Shown piece by piece: positions 30,317-40,071 of a stretch of DNA of 64,000 bases. Position 1 is the first letter of the stretch; each line of letters opens with the position of its first letter. Source of the stretch: Nitrospirota bacterium (lineage in GTDB: Bacteria > Nitrospirota > UBA9217); contig CAVUHW010000008.1 of the NCBI GenBank assembly GCA_963741205.1, forward strand, positions 197,045 through 261,044. The letters are read 5' to 3'. The notes under the pieces are model-generated. The model was not told the origin of the DNA, made no database searches, and saw only the letters and a list, made by a program, of their open reading frames with translations. The translations under genes and the position numbers were made by a program.

Positions 30317-32488
30317 ATGTCCGACCCCGTCGTTGATATAGCCGTCGGCGTCTCTGTCCATAAAACGTTCCATTACCTCGTACCGGAAGGGTTGCAGGGA
30401 CGCCTCGTCCCGGGCTCCCGCGTCGCGGTCCCCTTCGGGAGCAGGCGCATGGCCGGCACGGTCATCGGATTTTGCGAGAAGACCGGGGCCTCCGGCCTCA
30501 AGTACGTGATCGAGGTCATCGACAACCCGCTGCCGACCGACCTCCTTGACCTCGCCCGCTGGATGTCCGACTATTACCTGCACCCCCTGGGGCAGACCAT
30601 CGAGGCCGTGGTGCCCAAGGCTGTCTCGCGCGCAAAACCGAGAAAGAAAAAATATATTCGCCTGCTGACCGCACCTCTCCCCGGCAGTGTGAGGGGGAAA
30701 AAGCAGGCGGAGCTCATCGAGCTCCTTTCGGAACGCGGAGAGATTGAACGCGGCGAGCTTGACGGATTTTCGAGTGCTCCGATCAAAGCCCTCCTGGATG
30801 CGGGAATCATCGAGGTTGTCGAGCGTGACGCGGCGCCGTCAACCGACGGGGACCCGTTTATCCCGAGCGTCCCGCCGGAGCCGATGCCGGAGCAGGCCGG
30901 GGCCGTGGGTAGTATCAGCGAGCCCCTTTTCGCCAACACCTTCGCCGTGTTCCTTCTTCACGGCGTGACCGGGAGCGGCAAGACCGAGGTCTATCTCCAG
31001 TCCATCGCGGGTCTCACGGGCACGGGCAGGGGCGCCATCGTGCTCGTGCCCGAGATCGCGCTCACGCCGCAGCTTTTGTCGAGATTCAGGCAACGCTTTG
31101 GAAACCGCGTGGCCGTCCTGCACAGCGGGCTCACGGACCGCGAGCGCGCGGACGAGTACCGCCGCATCCAGGAGGGGCGGGTCGACGTCGCCATCGGCGC
31201 GCGTTCGGCCGTGTTCGCGCCCTTCGAAAAAGTGGGGCTCATCGTCGTCGACGAGGAGCACGAGAACTCCTACAAACAGGACGAAGGACTCCGCTATCAC
31301 GCCCGCGACGTGGCGATCATGCGCGCGAAGTTCCAGAACGCCGTTGCCGTTCTCGGGTCGGCCACTCCCTCTCTCGAGAGCTACTCCAACGCAAAGTCCG
31401 GCAAGTACCGGTACCTGCGTCTCGCGAACCGCGTGGACCACCGCCCGATGCCCGAGGTGCTGGTCATCGACGTCAAGACGCTCCCCAAAAACAGCCTCTA
31501 TTCCCCGAGACTCGTCGAAGACATCCAAAAACGACTCGAAAAGAACGAGCAGACGCTCCTGCTCCTGAACCGCAGGGGCTTCTCGTCGGTCCTTATCTGC
31601 CGGGATTGCGGCGCCGCCGTCAGGTGCCCGAGCTGCAGCGTGTCGCTGACCTTTCACAAGAGCGAGGGGAAGCTCAAGTGCCACTACTGCGGTTTTATCA
31701 CCCGGCCGCCTGACAAATGCCCGGCATGCCAAAGCATTTTCATGAAGCTGATCGGGTCGGGTACGCAGAAGGTCGAGGAAGAGCTCGGGGCGCTCTTTCC
31801 TGATGCGCGCATAAAGAGGATGGACAGCGATTCCGTCAAGGGCAGGGACGCCTATGAAAAGCTTTTGGGGCAGGTGGACCGCCTGGAGGTGGACATCCTC
31901 CTGGGCACGCAGATGGTCGCGAAGGGGCATGACTTTCCGGCAGTTACCCTGGTCGGGGTCGTGGATGCCGATGTCGGCCTGAACCTTCCCGACTTCCGGT
32001 CCGCCGAAAAGACCTTCCAGCTCATCACTCAGGCTGCGGGCAGGGCGGGGAGGGGAGATGCCGTCGGCGAGGTCGTCATCCAGACCCTGAACGCAAACCA
32101 CTACTCGATCCGACACAGCACGACCCACGACTACGACGGGTTCTACAATGAAGAGATCGCCTACCGCTCCCAGCTCGGCTACCCGCCCATCGGCCGCATC
32201 ATCAAGCTCGAGATCAAAAGCCCCGACGAGGCCGTGGCCCGCGAGGCTGCGAAGACGGCGCAGAACCGCATCAGACACCTCATGCGCGGTAAAGAGACCG
32301 TGCTTCTGGGCCCGGCGCCTGCGCCGGTCTCCCGGGTGCGCGGCCAGTACCGGTTCCAGCTGCTGCTCCTTTCGACGAAGCGTGGCGCAATCCGCAAACT
32401 TGCGGCGGAAGCGCGGACAATCGTCGAGGAGAAGTACGGCAGGAAGTGCAGGGTGATTGTCGATGTCGATCCGGTGAATTTGATGTAA
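30317..32488 (+). CDS. priA: primosomal protein N'
   Basis: LHGVTGSGKTEVY, DEEH, SATPS, LNRRG + Cys-rich region, GTQMVAKGHDF, QAAGRAGR. Confidence 0.96.
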   Translation: MSDPVVDIAVGVSVHKTFHYLVPEGLQGRLVPGSRVAVPFGSRRMAGTVIGFCEKTGASGLKYVIEVIDNPLPTDLLDLARWMSDYYLHPLGQTIEAVVPKAVSRAKPRKKKYIRLLTAPLPGSVRGKKQAELIELLSERGEIERGELDGFSSAPIKALLDAGIIEVVERDAAPSTDGDPFIPSVPPEPMPEQAGAVGSISEPLFANTFAVFLLHGVTGSGKTEVYLQSIAGLTGTGRGAIVLVPEIALTPQLLSRFRQRFGNRVAVLHSGLTDRERADEYRRIQEGRVDVAIGARSAVFAPFEKVGLIVVDEEHENSYKQDEGLRYHARDVAIMRAKFQNAVAVLGSATPSLESYSNAKSGKYRYLRLANRVDHRPMPEVLVIDVKTLPKNSLYSPRLVEDIQKRLEKNEQTLLLLNRRGFSSVLICRDCGAAVRCPSCSVSLTFHKSEGKLKCHYCGFITRPPDKCPACQSIFMKLIGSGTQKVEEELGALFPDARIKRMDSDSVKGRDAYEKLLGQVDRLEVDILLGTQMVAKGHDFPAVTLVGVVDADVGLNLPDFRSAEKTFQLITQAAGRAGRGDAVGEVVIQTLNANHYSIRHSTTHDYDGFYNEEIAYRSQLGYPPIGRIIKLEIKSPDEAVAREAAKTAQNRIRHLMRGKETVLLGPAPAPVSRVRGQYRFQLLLLSTKRGAIRKLAAEARTIVEEKYGRKCRVIVDVDPVNLM

Positions 32489-32790
32489 GTGACTCTTTTT
32501 CAGTTTCACCACATCAATTTTGAAGACCTTGCGCTAAGATGGCTTTAACCTGAGACGCAGAGGCGCAGAGAAAATCCTTAATAACTTCGATATCCATCTC
32601 TCCATGTCTCCTCACCGCGGCGGTAGGTTGTGATTTTTTTACGAGGTCATCCGCTTCCACTCTTTACGACTTTCCTTTCCTAGCCTGATCACGGCCGCTT
32701 TTAACAACTCATTGTTCTCATTGACATCGTTGTGAATCAGGAATCTATTCTTTCTGAAAAAATCGACAAGGCATAATTATTGCTAAATTA

Positions 32791-32852
32791 GATAACACCG
32801 CGAATCCGTTATGATCTAGGGGACCCGCAAATAACGGATTTTCGGTATTATC
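32791..32852. repeat. long AT-rich inverted repeat
   Basis: GATAACACCGCGAATCCGTTAT ... ATAACGGATTTTCGGTATTATC. Confidence 0.65.
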
Positions 32853-32875
32853 GAGGGGGGCTCGTCATCCCCTTG

Positions 32876-33424
32876 TTGGAGCCTAAAGATAAAACGAACG
32901 ACAAACTACAATTCGTTACGGATGAACTTTGGATGCTGGCCTGGGCTGGCTCCGTTCAGCGAGCAAAGCCATATCGTGAAAACGCTGACTGAACCTCGAA
33001 AAGCGCCGGCAAATATCGTGAGGATGTTATCAACTTCGTAGCGGAGAATCTCATCCCTCTGTATTCCGCAGGTTGTAACGATGAACAGCATTATGACAAT
33101 ATTCAACGCTTGATAGACTATGCAAATAAGACGGATCCCGGTATCTTAACGAAAGCGGGCTACAAATATGGCGTCGCGCAAAAATTGCTGAACTTGTCGC
33201 TGAAATATTACTGGTGTTTGGGGCTTATCAATGAACCACCACATTGTCCCGTTGATAGAATTATCATAAGTAAGACCCGGCACAACGGCAAAATAAATTG
33301 GACACAAATCACTGAAAAGGCAGATTATCAAAAGGCCATCGAAGAAGTAAAGGTTCTGGCTGATAGGCAACACATGACAATCCCTGCGTGGGAACTCGCT
33401 GTGTTTAATCGACGACAGAATTAG
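32876..33424 (+). pseudogene. low-GC hypothetical gene with internal in-frame TGA at 32990
   Basis: frame reads ...LWMLAWAGSVQRAKPYRENAD*TSKS...AQKLLNLSLKYYWC...PPHCPVD. Confidence 0.6.
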
Positions 33425-33448
33425 TTTCCTCAATCCCGAAGGTATTCC

Positions 33449-33482
33449 TTGACAACATCTGTGATACCGTATATAGTATCAC
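33449..33482 (+). promoter_or_regulatory. TA promoter/operator
   Basis: TTGACA-17-TATAGT with inverted repeat GTGATAC...GTATCAC. Confidence 0.7.
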
Positions 33483-33486
33483 TATC

Positions 33487-33912
33487 ATGCCTGATAAAAA
33501 GCCCCGAGTAATCTTAGATACAAATGTGCTTTATTCTGGCCTATATTCATCTAAAGGTGCTTCTTTTAAAATTCTACGCGCCATAGATGCGGGCAGGTTG
33601 CGAATTGTATTGTCCACTTCGCTGCTTTTCGAGTATGAAGACATTTTGAAAAGGCATCAGGAGATTTTGAATCTGTCGAATAAGAACATTGACAAGATAT
33701 TGGATAACCTATGTTTGCTGAGCGACCACCAAAAGATATATTTTCTATGGCGGCCACGTCTCCCAGACCCCAAAGACGACCTCATATTGGAATTAGCAGT
33801 AGCCGCGGGAGTAAGATATATAGTGACTCACAATACGACCGATTTCAAGGGTGCTGAACGATTCGGAGTTAAACCGATAACGCCAAAACAAATGCTGGAG
33901 GGAATATTATGA
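33487..33912 (+). CDS. PIN-family toxin
   Basis: VILDTNV, FEYE, WRP.LPDPKDD, IVTHN..DF. Confidence 0.9.
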   Translation: MPDKKPRVILDTNVLYSGLYSSKGASFKILRAIDAGRLRIVLSTSLLFEYEDILKRHQEILNLSNKNIDKILDNLCLLSDHQKIYFLWRPRLPDPKDDLILELAVAAGVRYIVTHNTTDFKGAERFGVKPITPKQMLEGIL

Positions 33913-34145
33913 GCGCCTTAAGTCTTCGTTTGCCGGAATCAATTCATCGGCATATCAGAGAAATCGCGAAAAAGGAAGGTGTTTCCATCAATCAATTCAT
34001 CTCATCGGCAGTTGCCGAAAAAATATCCGCGTTGATGACGGAAGATTATTTGGAAAGTCGTGCGAAAAAAGCCAAACGTGAAGACTTCGGAAAGATATTG
34101 GCGAAAGTGCCAGGACGGAAGCCGCTTCCAGGAGATGAACTGTAA
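33909..34145 (+). CDS. RHH/HicB-like antitoxin
   Basis: SLRLPESIH, EGVSINQFI..AVAEKISAL; 4-bp overlap with toxin. Confidence 0.88.
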   Translation: MSALSLRLPESIHRHIREIAKKEGVSINQFISSAVAEKISALMTEDYLESRAKKAKREDFGKILAKVPGRKPLPGDEL

Positions 34146-34148
34146 TGA

Positions 34149-34206
34149 TTCCAACATGCGCGTCAAGTCCGCCGCGAAAAACGCGCGGCTTACGCGCGCT
34201 TTGTAT
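34149..34206 (+). mobile_element. degenerate integron attC-like site
   Basis: TTCCAAC-N5-CGTCAAG...GCCGCG-loop-CGCGCGG-CTTACG-N5-TTTGTAT, 58 bp, just after the antitoxin stop. Confidence 0.55.
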
Positions 34207-34219
34207 CGGGATAGCGAAT

Positions 34220-34515
34220 ATGAATGAGAAATTATCTTCCTCAATGACGTTCTATTACAAAGTGCTATTCCCCTTCCTCTGGATTTCTACTGGCCGATAC
34301 GATTCGTTTAAAAGCCGTATCCTTGGATAAGGATGTTTTGGTTATCAAGAATTTCATAAAAGTAATTAGAGTTCCTTTGCAGAATGTTAGACATATCAGA
34401 TAATCTAGGCTTATGAGTCCAAAGACGATTACTGTGACTGTTTATCCGCCAAACGACTTTGGAGAAAAAGTTACTTTTATACCAAAAGCAAAATTTCAAA
34501 CCCGTTCGGATAGAT
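34220..34515 (+). pseudogene. decayed low-GC membrane-protein gene (cassette-like)
   Basis: MNEKLSSSMTFYYKVLFPFLW... then broken frames LKAVSLDKDVLVIKNF...PPNDFGEKVTFIPK. Confidence 0.5.
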
Positions 34516-34525
34516 CACACAAACT

Positions 34526-34993
34526 ATGACTGAAAAAAAACAAGACACCGCAGTCGCCACGAACCGCAAGGCATATCACGACTACTTCATCGAGGAGACC
34601 TTCGAGGCCGGGCTCGTCCTCCAGGGCACGGAGGTGAAGTCCCTGCGCCTGGGGCTCGCGAACCTGACGGACAGCTACGCCATCGTCAAGAACGAGGAGA
34701 TGTTCCTTCTGAACGCGAACATCAGCCTCTATCCTCAGGGCAACTTGGCGAACCACGAACCGCTCCGGACGCGCAAGCTTCTGCTTCATAAAGAAGAGAT
34801 CCGCAAGCTTACCTGGAAGATGACACAAAAGGGCTTCACCCTCATTCCGCTCAAGATCTATTTCGTACGCGGCAAGGCCAAGGCGCTGATCGGCCTCGCC
34901 AAAGGCAAGAAGGCTTACGACAAGCGGGATACGATCAAGGAAAAGGAGTCGAGGCGGGAAGTGGAGCGCGTGGTAAAAGAACGGAACCGTTAA
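34526..34993 (+). CDS. smpB: SsrA-binding protein
   Basis: NRKAYHDY, EAGLVLQGTEVKSLR, RKLLLHKEEI, GKKAYDKR. Confidence 0.97.
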   Translation: MTEKKQDTAVATNRKAYHDYFIEETFEAGLVLQGTEVKSLRLGLANLTDSYAIVKNEEMFLLNANISLYPQGNLANHEPLRTRKLLLHKEEIRKLTWKMTQKGFTLIPLKIYFVRGKAKALIGLAKGKKAYDKRDTIKEKESRREVERVVKERNR

Positions 34994-35122
34994 GCCGCGA
35001 ATCCTTTCATCCCTCCCTTTGCTACAATAGGTATAAAGACATTGTTTGTTCATGCGGGGAAAGCGAGGTTTTACCCCGGCTATGCCTTTAGTCTCACATG
35101 AATTTACATCAAGGAGGCAGCT

Positions 35123-35929
35123 ATGAAACGATTCGTGACGATTCTCGCAAGTATGTTTGTCCTGGTCATGGCAACAGGCCTGACTCCGGCGCATGCCAAG
35201 GTGGTTGGGAAGAATGTGGAATACACAGCCGACGGCGTGACGCTCAAGGGATACCTCGCCTATGACAGTGCACTGAAAGGCAAGGGACCCGGCATCCTCG
35301 TGGTCCACGAGTGGTGGGGGCTGAATGACTACGCCCGGAAGCGCGCACGGATGCTCGCCGAGCTCGGCTATACGGCGCTTGCCGTGGACATGTACGGAGA
35401 GGGGAAAACGGCCTCGCATCCCGATGATGCGGGAAAATTCTCCTCGGAACTGATGAAGAACTTCGATACCGCAAAGGCGCGGTTTGTGGCCGCGGAGGAC
35501 TTCCTCAAAAAGCAGCCGACCGTTGATCCCGAACGCATCGCGGCCATCGGTTATTGTTTCGGCGGCGGCGTGGTCTTGAACATGGCCCGGCAGGGAGCGG
35601 ACCTGAAAGCGGTCGCAAGCTTTCATGGAAACCTGATGGCGATAAAGCCAGCAGAGCCCGGTATGGTCAAGGCGAAAATCAGGGTATATCACGGAGCCGA
35701 CGATAAATTCACCACCGCCGAAGGGGTCGAGGCCTTCAAGAAGGAGATGACCGACGCCAAGGCGGATTTCAAGTTCATCGCCTACCCCGGCGCGGTCCAC
35801 AGCTTCACCAATCCCGAAGCAACGAGCTACGGGAAGAAGTTCAACATCCCGCTGGCGTACAACAAGAAGGCGGACCAGGAGTCGTGGGCTGACATGAAGA
35901 AGTTCTTTGAGGAAACATTGAAGAAATAA
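35123..35929 (+). CDS. dienelactone hydrolase family, exported
   Basis: signal peptide; HEWWGLN, GYCFGG, HSF. Confidence 0.92.
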   Translation: MKRFVTILASMFVLVMATGLTPAHAKVVGKNVEYTADGVTLKGYLAYDSALKGKGPGILVVHEWWGLNDYARKRARMLAELGYTALAVDMYGEGKTASHPDDAGKFSSELMKNFDTAKARFVAAEDFLKKQPTVDPERIAAIGYCFGGGVVLNMARQGADLKAVASFHGNLMAIKPAEPGMVKAKIRVYHGADDKFTTAEGVEAFKKEMTDAKADFKFIAYPGAVHSFTNPEATSYGKKFNIPLAYNKKADQESWADMKKFFEETLKK

Positions 35930-36017
35930 AAATGCGGAAGACGGGCGCAGGTTGCTATCATGGTCCTGCGCCCGGAATATTTTCCCCATCTCCTGTCCGA
36001 AGCGAGACGAGGAGAAC

Positions 36018-36485
36018 GTGCCCCTACTCTCTTATCAACAGAAAATCGTGGACCTGATGATCCGGCAAGAGCTTACGCTGGCCGAACTGTATCTTTTCCT
36101 CTCGAAAAGGTATTCCGAGCAGGGCGATTTCTGGCTCGACCTCCAACGTGATGAGCTCAAACACGCGCAGTGGGTGGACTATTTGAAGACGCGGGCGATG
36201 GCGGGCACGGCTTTTTTTTATGAGGATAAAGTCCGACCGGTCACGGTCCAGACCTACATCGACTATGTCAACAGCACGATAAAAAAATTCAAGACAACCA
36301 AGATGCCCCTGAAAGCCGCCTTGGCCCTTGCGGCTGACATCGAGGGGGCCATGCTGGACCAGAAGGTCTTTCAACATTTCGAAGGCGACGACCCGGAGCT
36401 CGTGAAGACACTCAATCAATTGTCCGCGGAGACCGCGAAACACCTGAAGAAAGTCAAGGACATGTGGCGCGACACCGGGGAGTAG
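36018..36485 (+). CDS. ferritin-like (rubrerythrin-type) protein
   Basis: E...ELKH and E...ETAKH diiron-like motifs; GGAG RBS before GTG. Confidence 0.75.
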   Translation: MPLLSYQQKIVDLMIRQELTLAELYLFLSKRYSEQGDFWLDLQRDELKHAQWVDYLKTRAMAGTAFFYEDKVRPVTVQTYIDYVNSTIKKFKTTKMPLKAALALAADIEGAMLDQKVFQHFEGDDPELVKTLNQLSAETAKHLKKVKDMWRDTGE

Positions 36486-36599
36486 CGGTCACAGAACGCA
36501 AGTGCTTCCCGGAAAAACCGGTTTTTCTGACGACCGTTACACGAACAGGCACCCGCGGGGTAAAGTCTGCGGTTTCATCCGACTGGTTTGAGGTGCATC

Positions 36600-37079
36600 A
36601 TGAAAACAGACCCGAACAGCCGTCCACCCCTCCCGCCCTTCACGCGCGAAACTGCGGCTCAGAAGGTGCGCATGGCAGAAGACGCGTGGAATACGCGCGA
36701 CCCCGAACGGGTGTCGTTGGCCTATACCGTTGACAGCGTCTGGCGCAACCGCGCCGAGTTCTTCTCGGGCCGCGAGGAGATCGTTCGGTTTCTTCGGCGT
36801 AAATGGGCGAAGGAGCTCGACTACCGGCTCATCAAAGAGCTCTGGACCTTCGGCGATTCGCGCATTGCGGTGCGCTTTGCCTACGAGTGGCACGATGATT
36901 CGGGCAACTGGTTCCGTTCCTACGGCAACGAGAACTGGGAGTTCGATGAGAACGGCCTCATGAAACGCCGCATCGCGAGCATCAACGACCTGCCGATCAG
37001 GGAAGAGGACCGCAAATACCGCTGGCCCCTGGGCCGCCGGCCGGACGAACACCCGGGCCTCTCCGAGCTCGGGCTCTGA
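36600..37079 (+). CDS. DUF1348 / NTF2-like protein
   Basis: [39 protein letters not shown]. Confidence 0.92.
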   Translation: MKTDPNSRPPLPPFTRETAAQKVRMAEDAWNTRDPERVSLAYTVDSVWRNRAEFFSGREEIVRFLRRKWAKELDYRLIKELWTFGDSRIAVRFAYEWHDDSGNWFRSYGNENWEFDENGLMKRRIASINDLPIREEDRKYRWPLGRRPDEHPGLSELGL

Positions 37080-37128
37080 AGTCGCGGTCATCGAGCATTC
37101 TCAAAACCAACTGAAACCGAGAGAGAAG

Positions 37129-37835
37129 ATGATGGAACGCGCACACTAAAAAAAAACGACTTCGGCTCTTGCCGATAAAGAGAAGGCAAAAATTCTCCAG
37201 GGCTTTTTCAAGACCGGGCCGGGGCAGTACGGCGAGGGCGACGTGTTTCTGGGGATCACGGTGCCCGTGCTCAGAAAGTTGGCGAAAGAATGCGCGGGCA
37301 CTTCCGTATCACAGGCCGTGCGGCTTCTGAAATCCGCTGTCCATGAAGAGCGGCTGCTCGCGCTTTTCTGCTCGTCCATGCTTTTGCGGAAGGCGATGAT
37401 GCAGCAAAAAAGAAAATCTACACCCTCTACCTCAAGAACACGAGATACATAAACAACTGGGACCTTGTCGACCTTTCGGCGCCGAACATCGTCGGGAATT
37501 ATCTCCTCGACAAGAGCAGGAAGCCGCTCTACGAGCTCGCGAAATCACGCGATCTCTGGAAGCGCAGGATCGCGATTCTGGCGACTTTTGCCTTCATCAA
37601 GCAGAACGATTATAAGGACTCGCTCGGTATTGCGGAACTCCTGTTGCGGGATGAACACGACCTTATCCACAAGGCCGCCGGCTGGATGCTGCGGGAGGTG
37701 GGCAAACGCTCTCTTTCCGCGGAAGAGCGGTTCCTGAAGCTGCATTACAAAAAGATGCCGCGGACCATGCTGCGGTATGCGATCGAGCGGTTCCCGGAAG
37801 GGAAGAGAAAGAAGTACCTGAGCGGCGAAATTTGA
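37129..37835 (+). CDS. AlkD-like DNA alkylation repair protein; frameshifts
   Basis: FFKTGPGQYGEGD, HEER, NNWDLVD, DLIHKAAGWMLREVGK, MPRTMLRYAIE. Confidence 0.85.
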
Positions 37836-37924
37836 AAATATTCAACGGCGAGAAATATTGCCCGGCTGATCGTTTCTTGAAGCCGTCAGTCCGGCTCGAA
37901 ATTCGAAGTCTCATAAGAACCAAT

Positions 37925-37949
37925 GGATTCCCGCTTTCGCGGGAATGAC
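37925..37949. repeat. CGTC-type REP (dRS3-like)
   Basis: GGATTCCCGCTTTCGCGGGAATGAC. Confidence 0.75.
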
Positions 37950-37997
37950 GTATAATCTTTCATTCTGAAGCCGTATTCAAAAGATCTATCTAGGAGC

Positions 37998-39227
37998 ATG
38001 AACAAAAAGCAGATCATCAGCTGGTGCCTCTTCGACTTTGCGAATTCTAGTTATTCCGCGGTCATCGCAGCGGTCGTCTTCCAGGTCTACTACATCAACG
38101 TCATCGTAGGAAACGACGGGGGCAGGGGAGATCTCTGGTGGGGGCGGGCCATCTCGCTCAGCATGCTCGTCGTATCGCTCTCATCCCCTTTTCTCGGCGG
38201 GATCGCGGATTACGCCGGACTCAGGAAGAGGCTGCTCGCCCTGTATACGCTTGCCTGCGTAGCAGCCGTTTCCGGCTTGTCGCTGCTCGTGCCCGGTGCG
38301 ATTCTCGCCGGGTTCATCCTGATAACGCTCGCGAACATCGGCATGGAAGGGGGACTCGTGTTCTATAACTCCTTCCTCCCGCAGATCGCGCCTTCGGACC
38401 ATCAGGGCCGGGTCTCGGGATGGGGGTTCGGCGTGGGGTATGCCGGTTCGATCTTGTCCCTTCTCATCGCGCTCCCGCTTGCGAAGACCGGACAATTTCA
38501 CCTCATTTGGCTCTCGGTCGCGCTGTTCTTCCTGCTCTTTTCCCTCCCCGCTTTTCTGTTTCTTCCCAAGGACGCATCGACTGACATCACCGCGGTGCAG
38601 GCCGCTTTCCGCGGCAGCCGAAACGCCCTGGCGACCCTGAAGGAGATCTGGGGCCGCAGGGAACCGAGGAAATTCCTCATCTCCTACCTTATCTATGAAG
38701 ACGGGGTAAACACGGTGATCGTGTTTTCGAGCAGTCTCGCCGCCACGACGTTCGGGTTCGGACAAAGCGAACTCATCGGGCTTTACCTCGTCGTTCAGGT
38801 CACTGCGCTCGCGGGAGCGTTTCTGCTCTCCAAGCCCACGGACACCTGGGGGCCCAAAAAAGTGGTGATGGCCTCCCTCCTTCTGTGGGCGCTCGTGGCT
38901 GTGGCGGCTTTTTTCGTCGGGACCAAGGGTCAGTTCTGGCTCATAGCCTGTACGGCGGGCCTGGGTCTCGGATCGGTGCAGGCGGGGACGCGTGCCTTCT
39001 TCACGCAGTTCGTGCCCGCGGGAAAAGAGGCCGAGTATTTCGGCGTCTACTCCCTCGTTGGAAAGTCCTCCGCCATAATGGGCCCGCTCGTTTTCGGCCA
39101 GGTCTCGGCCGCCTTCGGCAGCCAGCGGCCCGCCATCCTTTCCATCGCGGCGTTCTTCATCATCGGGCTCATGCTGATCAGCCGCGTCAAGGGCGGCGGA
39201 CCGAATGTGGCGATCGGACATGAATAA
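37998..39227 (+). CDS. MFS transporter (Atg22/UMF1-like)
   Basis: WCLFDFANS, FYNSFLP, GRVSGWG.GVGYAG; ~12 TM. Confidence 0.9.
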   Translation: MNKKQIISWCLFDFANSSYSAVIAAVVFQVYYINVIVGNDGGRGDLWWGRAISLSMLVVSLSSPFLGGIADYAGLRKRLLALYTLACVAAVSGLSLLVPGAILAGFILITLANIGMEGGLVFYNSFLPQIAPSDHQGRVSGWGFGVGYAGSILSLLIALPLAKTGQFHLIWLSVALFFLLFSLPAFLFLPKDASTDITAVQAAFRGSRNALATLKEIWGRREPRKFLISYLIYEDGVNTVIVFSSSLAATTFGFGQSELIGLYLVVQVTALAGAFLLSKPTDTWGPKKVVMASLLLWALVAVAAFFVGTKGQFWLIACTAGLGLGSVQAGTRAFFTQFVPAGKEAEYFGVYSLVGKSSAIMGPLVFGQVSAAFGSQRPAILSIAAFFIIGLMLISRVKGGGPNVAIGHE

Positions 39228-39280
39228 GGAAGCAGCATGCAACCACGGCTGCACTGATGCGGCTGAAGCGGAACTTTTTC

Positions 39281-39376
39281 GTCATTCCCGAATGCCTCTA
39301 TCGGGAATCTATTTTTTACTCAACTCAACGAGAAGTTAAAGTCACTGGATTCCGGCCGGAACCTTGCCGGAATGAC
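39281..39376. repeat. CGTC-type REP doublet
   Basis: GTCATTCCCG..CGGGAATC..GGATTCCGGC..GCCGGAATGAC. Confidence 0.8.
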
Positions 39377-39385
39377 GGCTTAAAT

Positions 39386-39883
39386 ATGATCCTATCTCTC
39401 ATCGCAGCCATGGCGGAGAATCGTGTAATCGGCCGGGACAACAAGATGCCCTGGGACCTGCCTGCGGACCGCAAGCGCTTTCACGGGATCACGCGCGGGC
39501 ATCCCATCATCCTCGGCAGGAGAACATTTGAAAGCATCGGCCGGCCGCTCTCCCTTCGCAAGAATATCGTCCTGACGCGCCGGAAGGGCTATCACGCGGA
39601 AGGGGTCGTCATCGTTCACGACCTCGAGTCGGCATTCGACGCCTGTGCCGGAGCTGACGAGGCCTTCGTGTGCGGCGGGGAAGAGGTGTTTCACGAGACC
39701 ATTGACCTGGCGGACAGAATATACCTCACCGTCATTCACCGTATCATGCAGGGAGATTCCTGCTTCCCCGAGATCCCTTCCTATTTCAAAGAAGTCGAGC
39801 GCAAGGAGGAAGAAGATATCATGCAGTATGCGGTGGTGTTGTACGAGCGGACCGGCGAACGTGGTGCGTTCCCGGACCGATAA
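39386..39883 (+). CDS. folA: dihydrofolate reductase
   Basis: IAAMAENRVIG, MPWDLPAD, GRRTFESIGRPL, CGG, GDSCFP. Confidence 0.92.
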   Translation: MILSLIAAMAENRVIGRDNKMPWDLPADRKRFHGITRGHPIILGRRTFESIGRPLSLRKNIVLTRRKGYHAEGVVIVHDLESAFDACAGADEAFVCGGEEVFHETIDLADRIYLTVIHRIMQGDSCFPEIPSYFKEVERKEEEDIMQYAVVLYERTGERGAFPDR

Positions 39884-39943
39884 GCCGGTAATTCGTATTG
39901 CCTTTGAGAGAGAATTGTACTATGTTCTAGAGTATCTCAGATC

Positions 39944-40043
39944 GTCATTCCCGAATTATTCTATCGGGAATCCAGTGTTTTCAATTCTCATCACTTCCCT
40001 GGGAAAAGCTTCTAGATTCCCGATTACGGCATTCGGGAATGAC
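39944..40043. repeat. CGTC-type REP doublet
   Basis: GTCATTCCCG..CGGGAATCC..GATTCCCG..CGGGAATGAC. Confidence 0.8.
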
Positions 40044-40071
40044 GAATAAGCAAGGAGTAAAGCAATTCACT

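Noticed and set aside
32990-32992. Second in-frame TGA as a possible selenocysteine codon
   Set aside because: No SECIS-like hairpin follows, there is no Cys/redox context, and the gene lies in a decaying low-GC patch; more likely a nonsense mutation.
34993-35120. tmRNA (ssrA) next to smpB
   Set aside because: Too short and lacks the tRNA-like 5' GGGG and 3' CCA ends.
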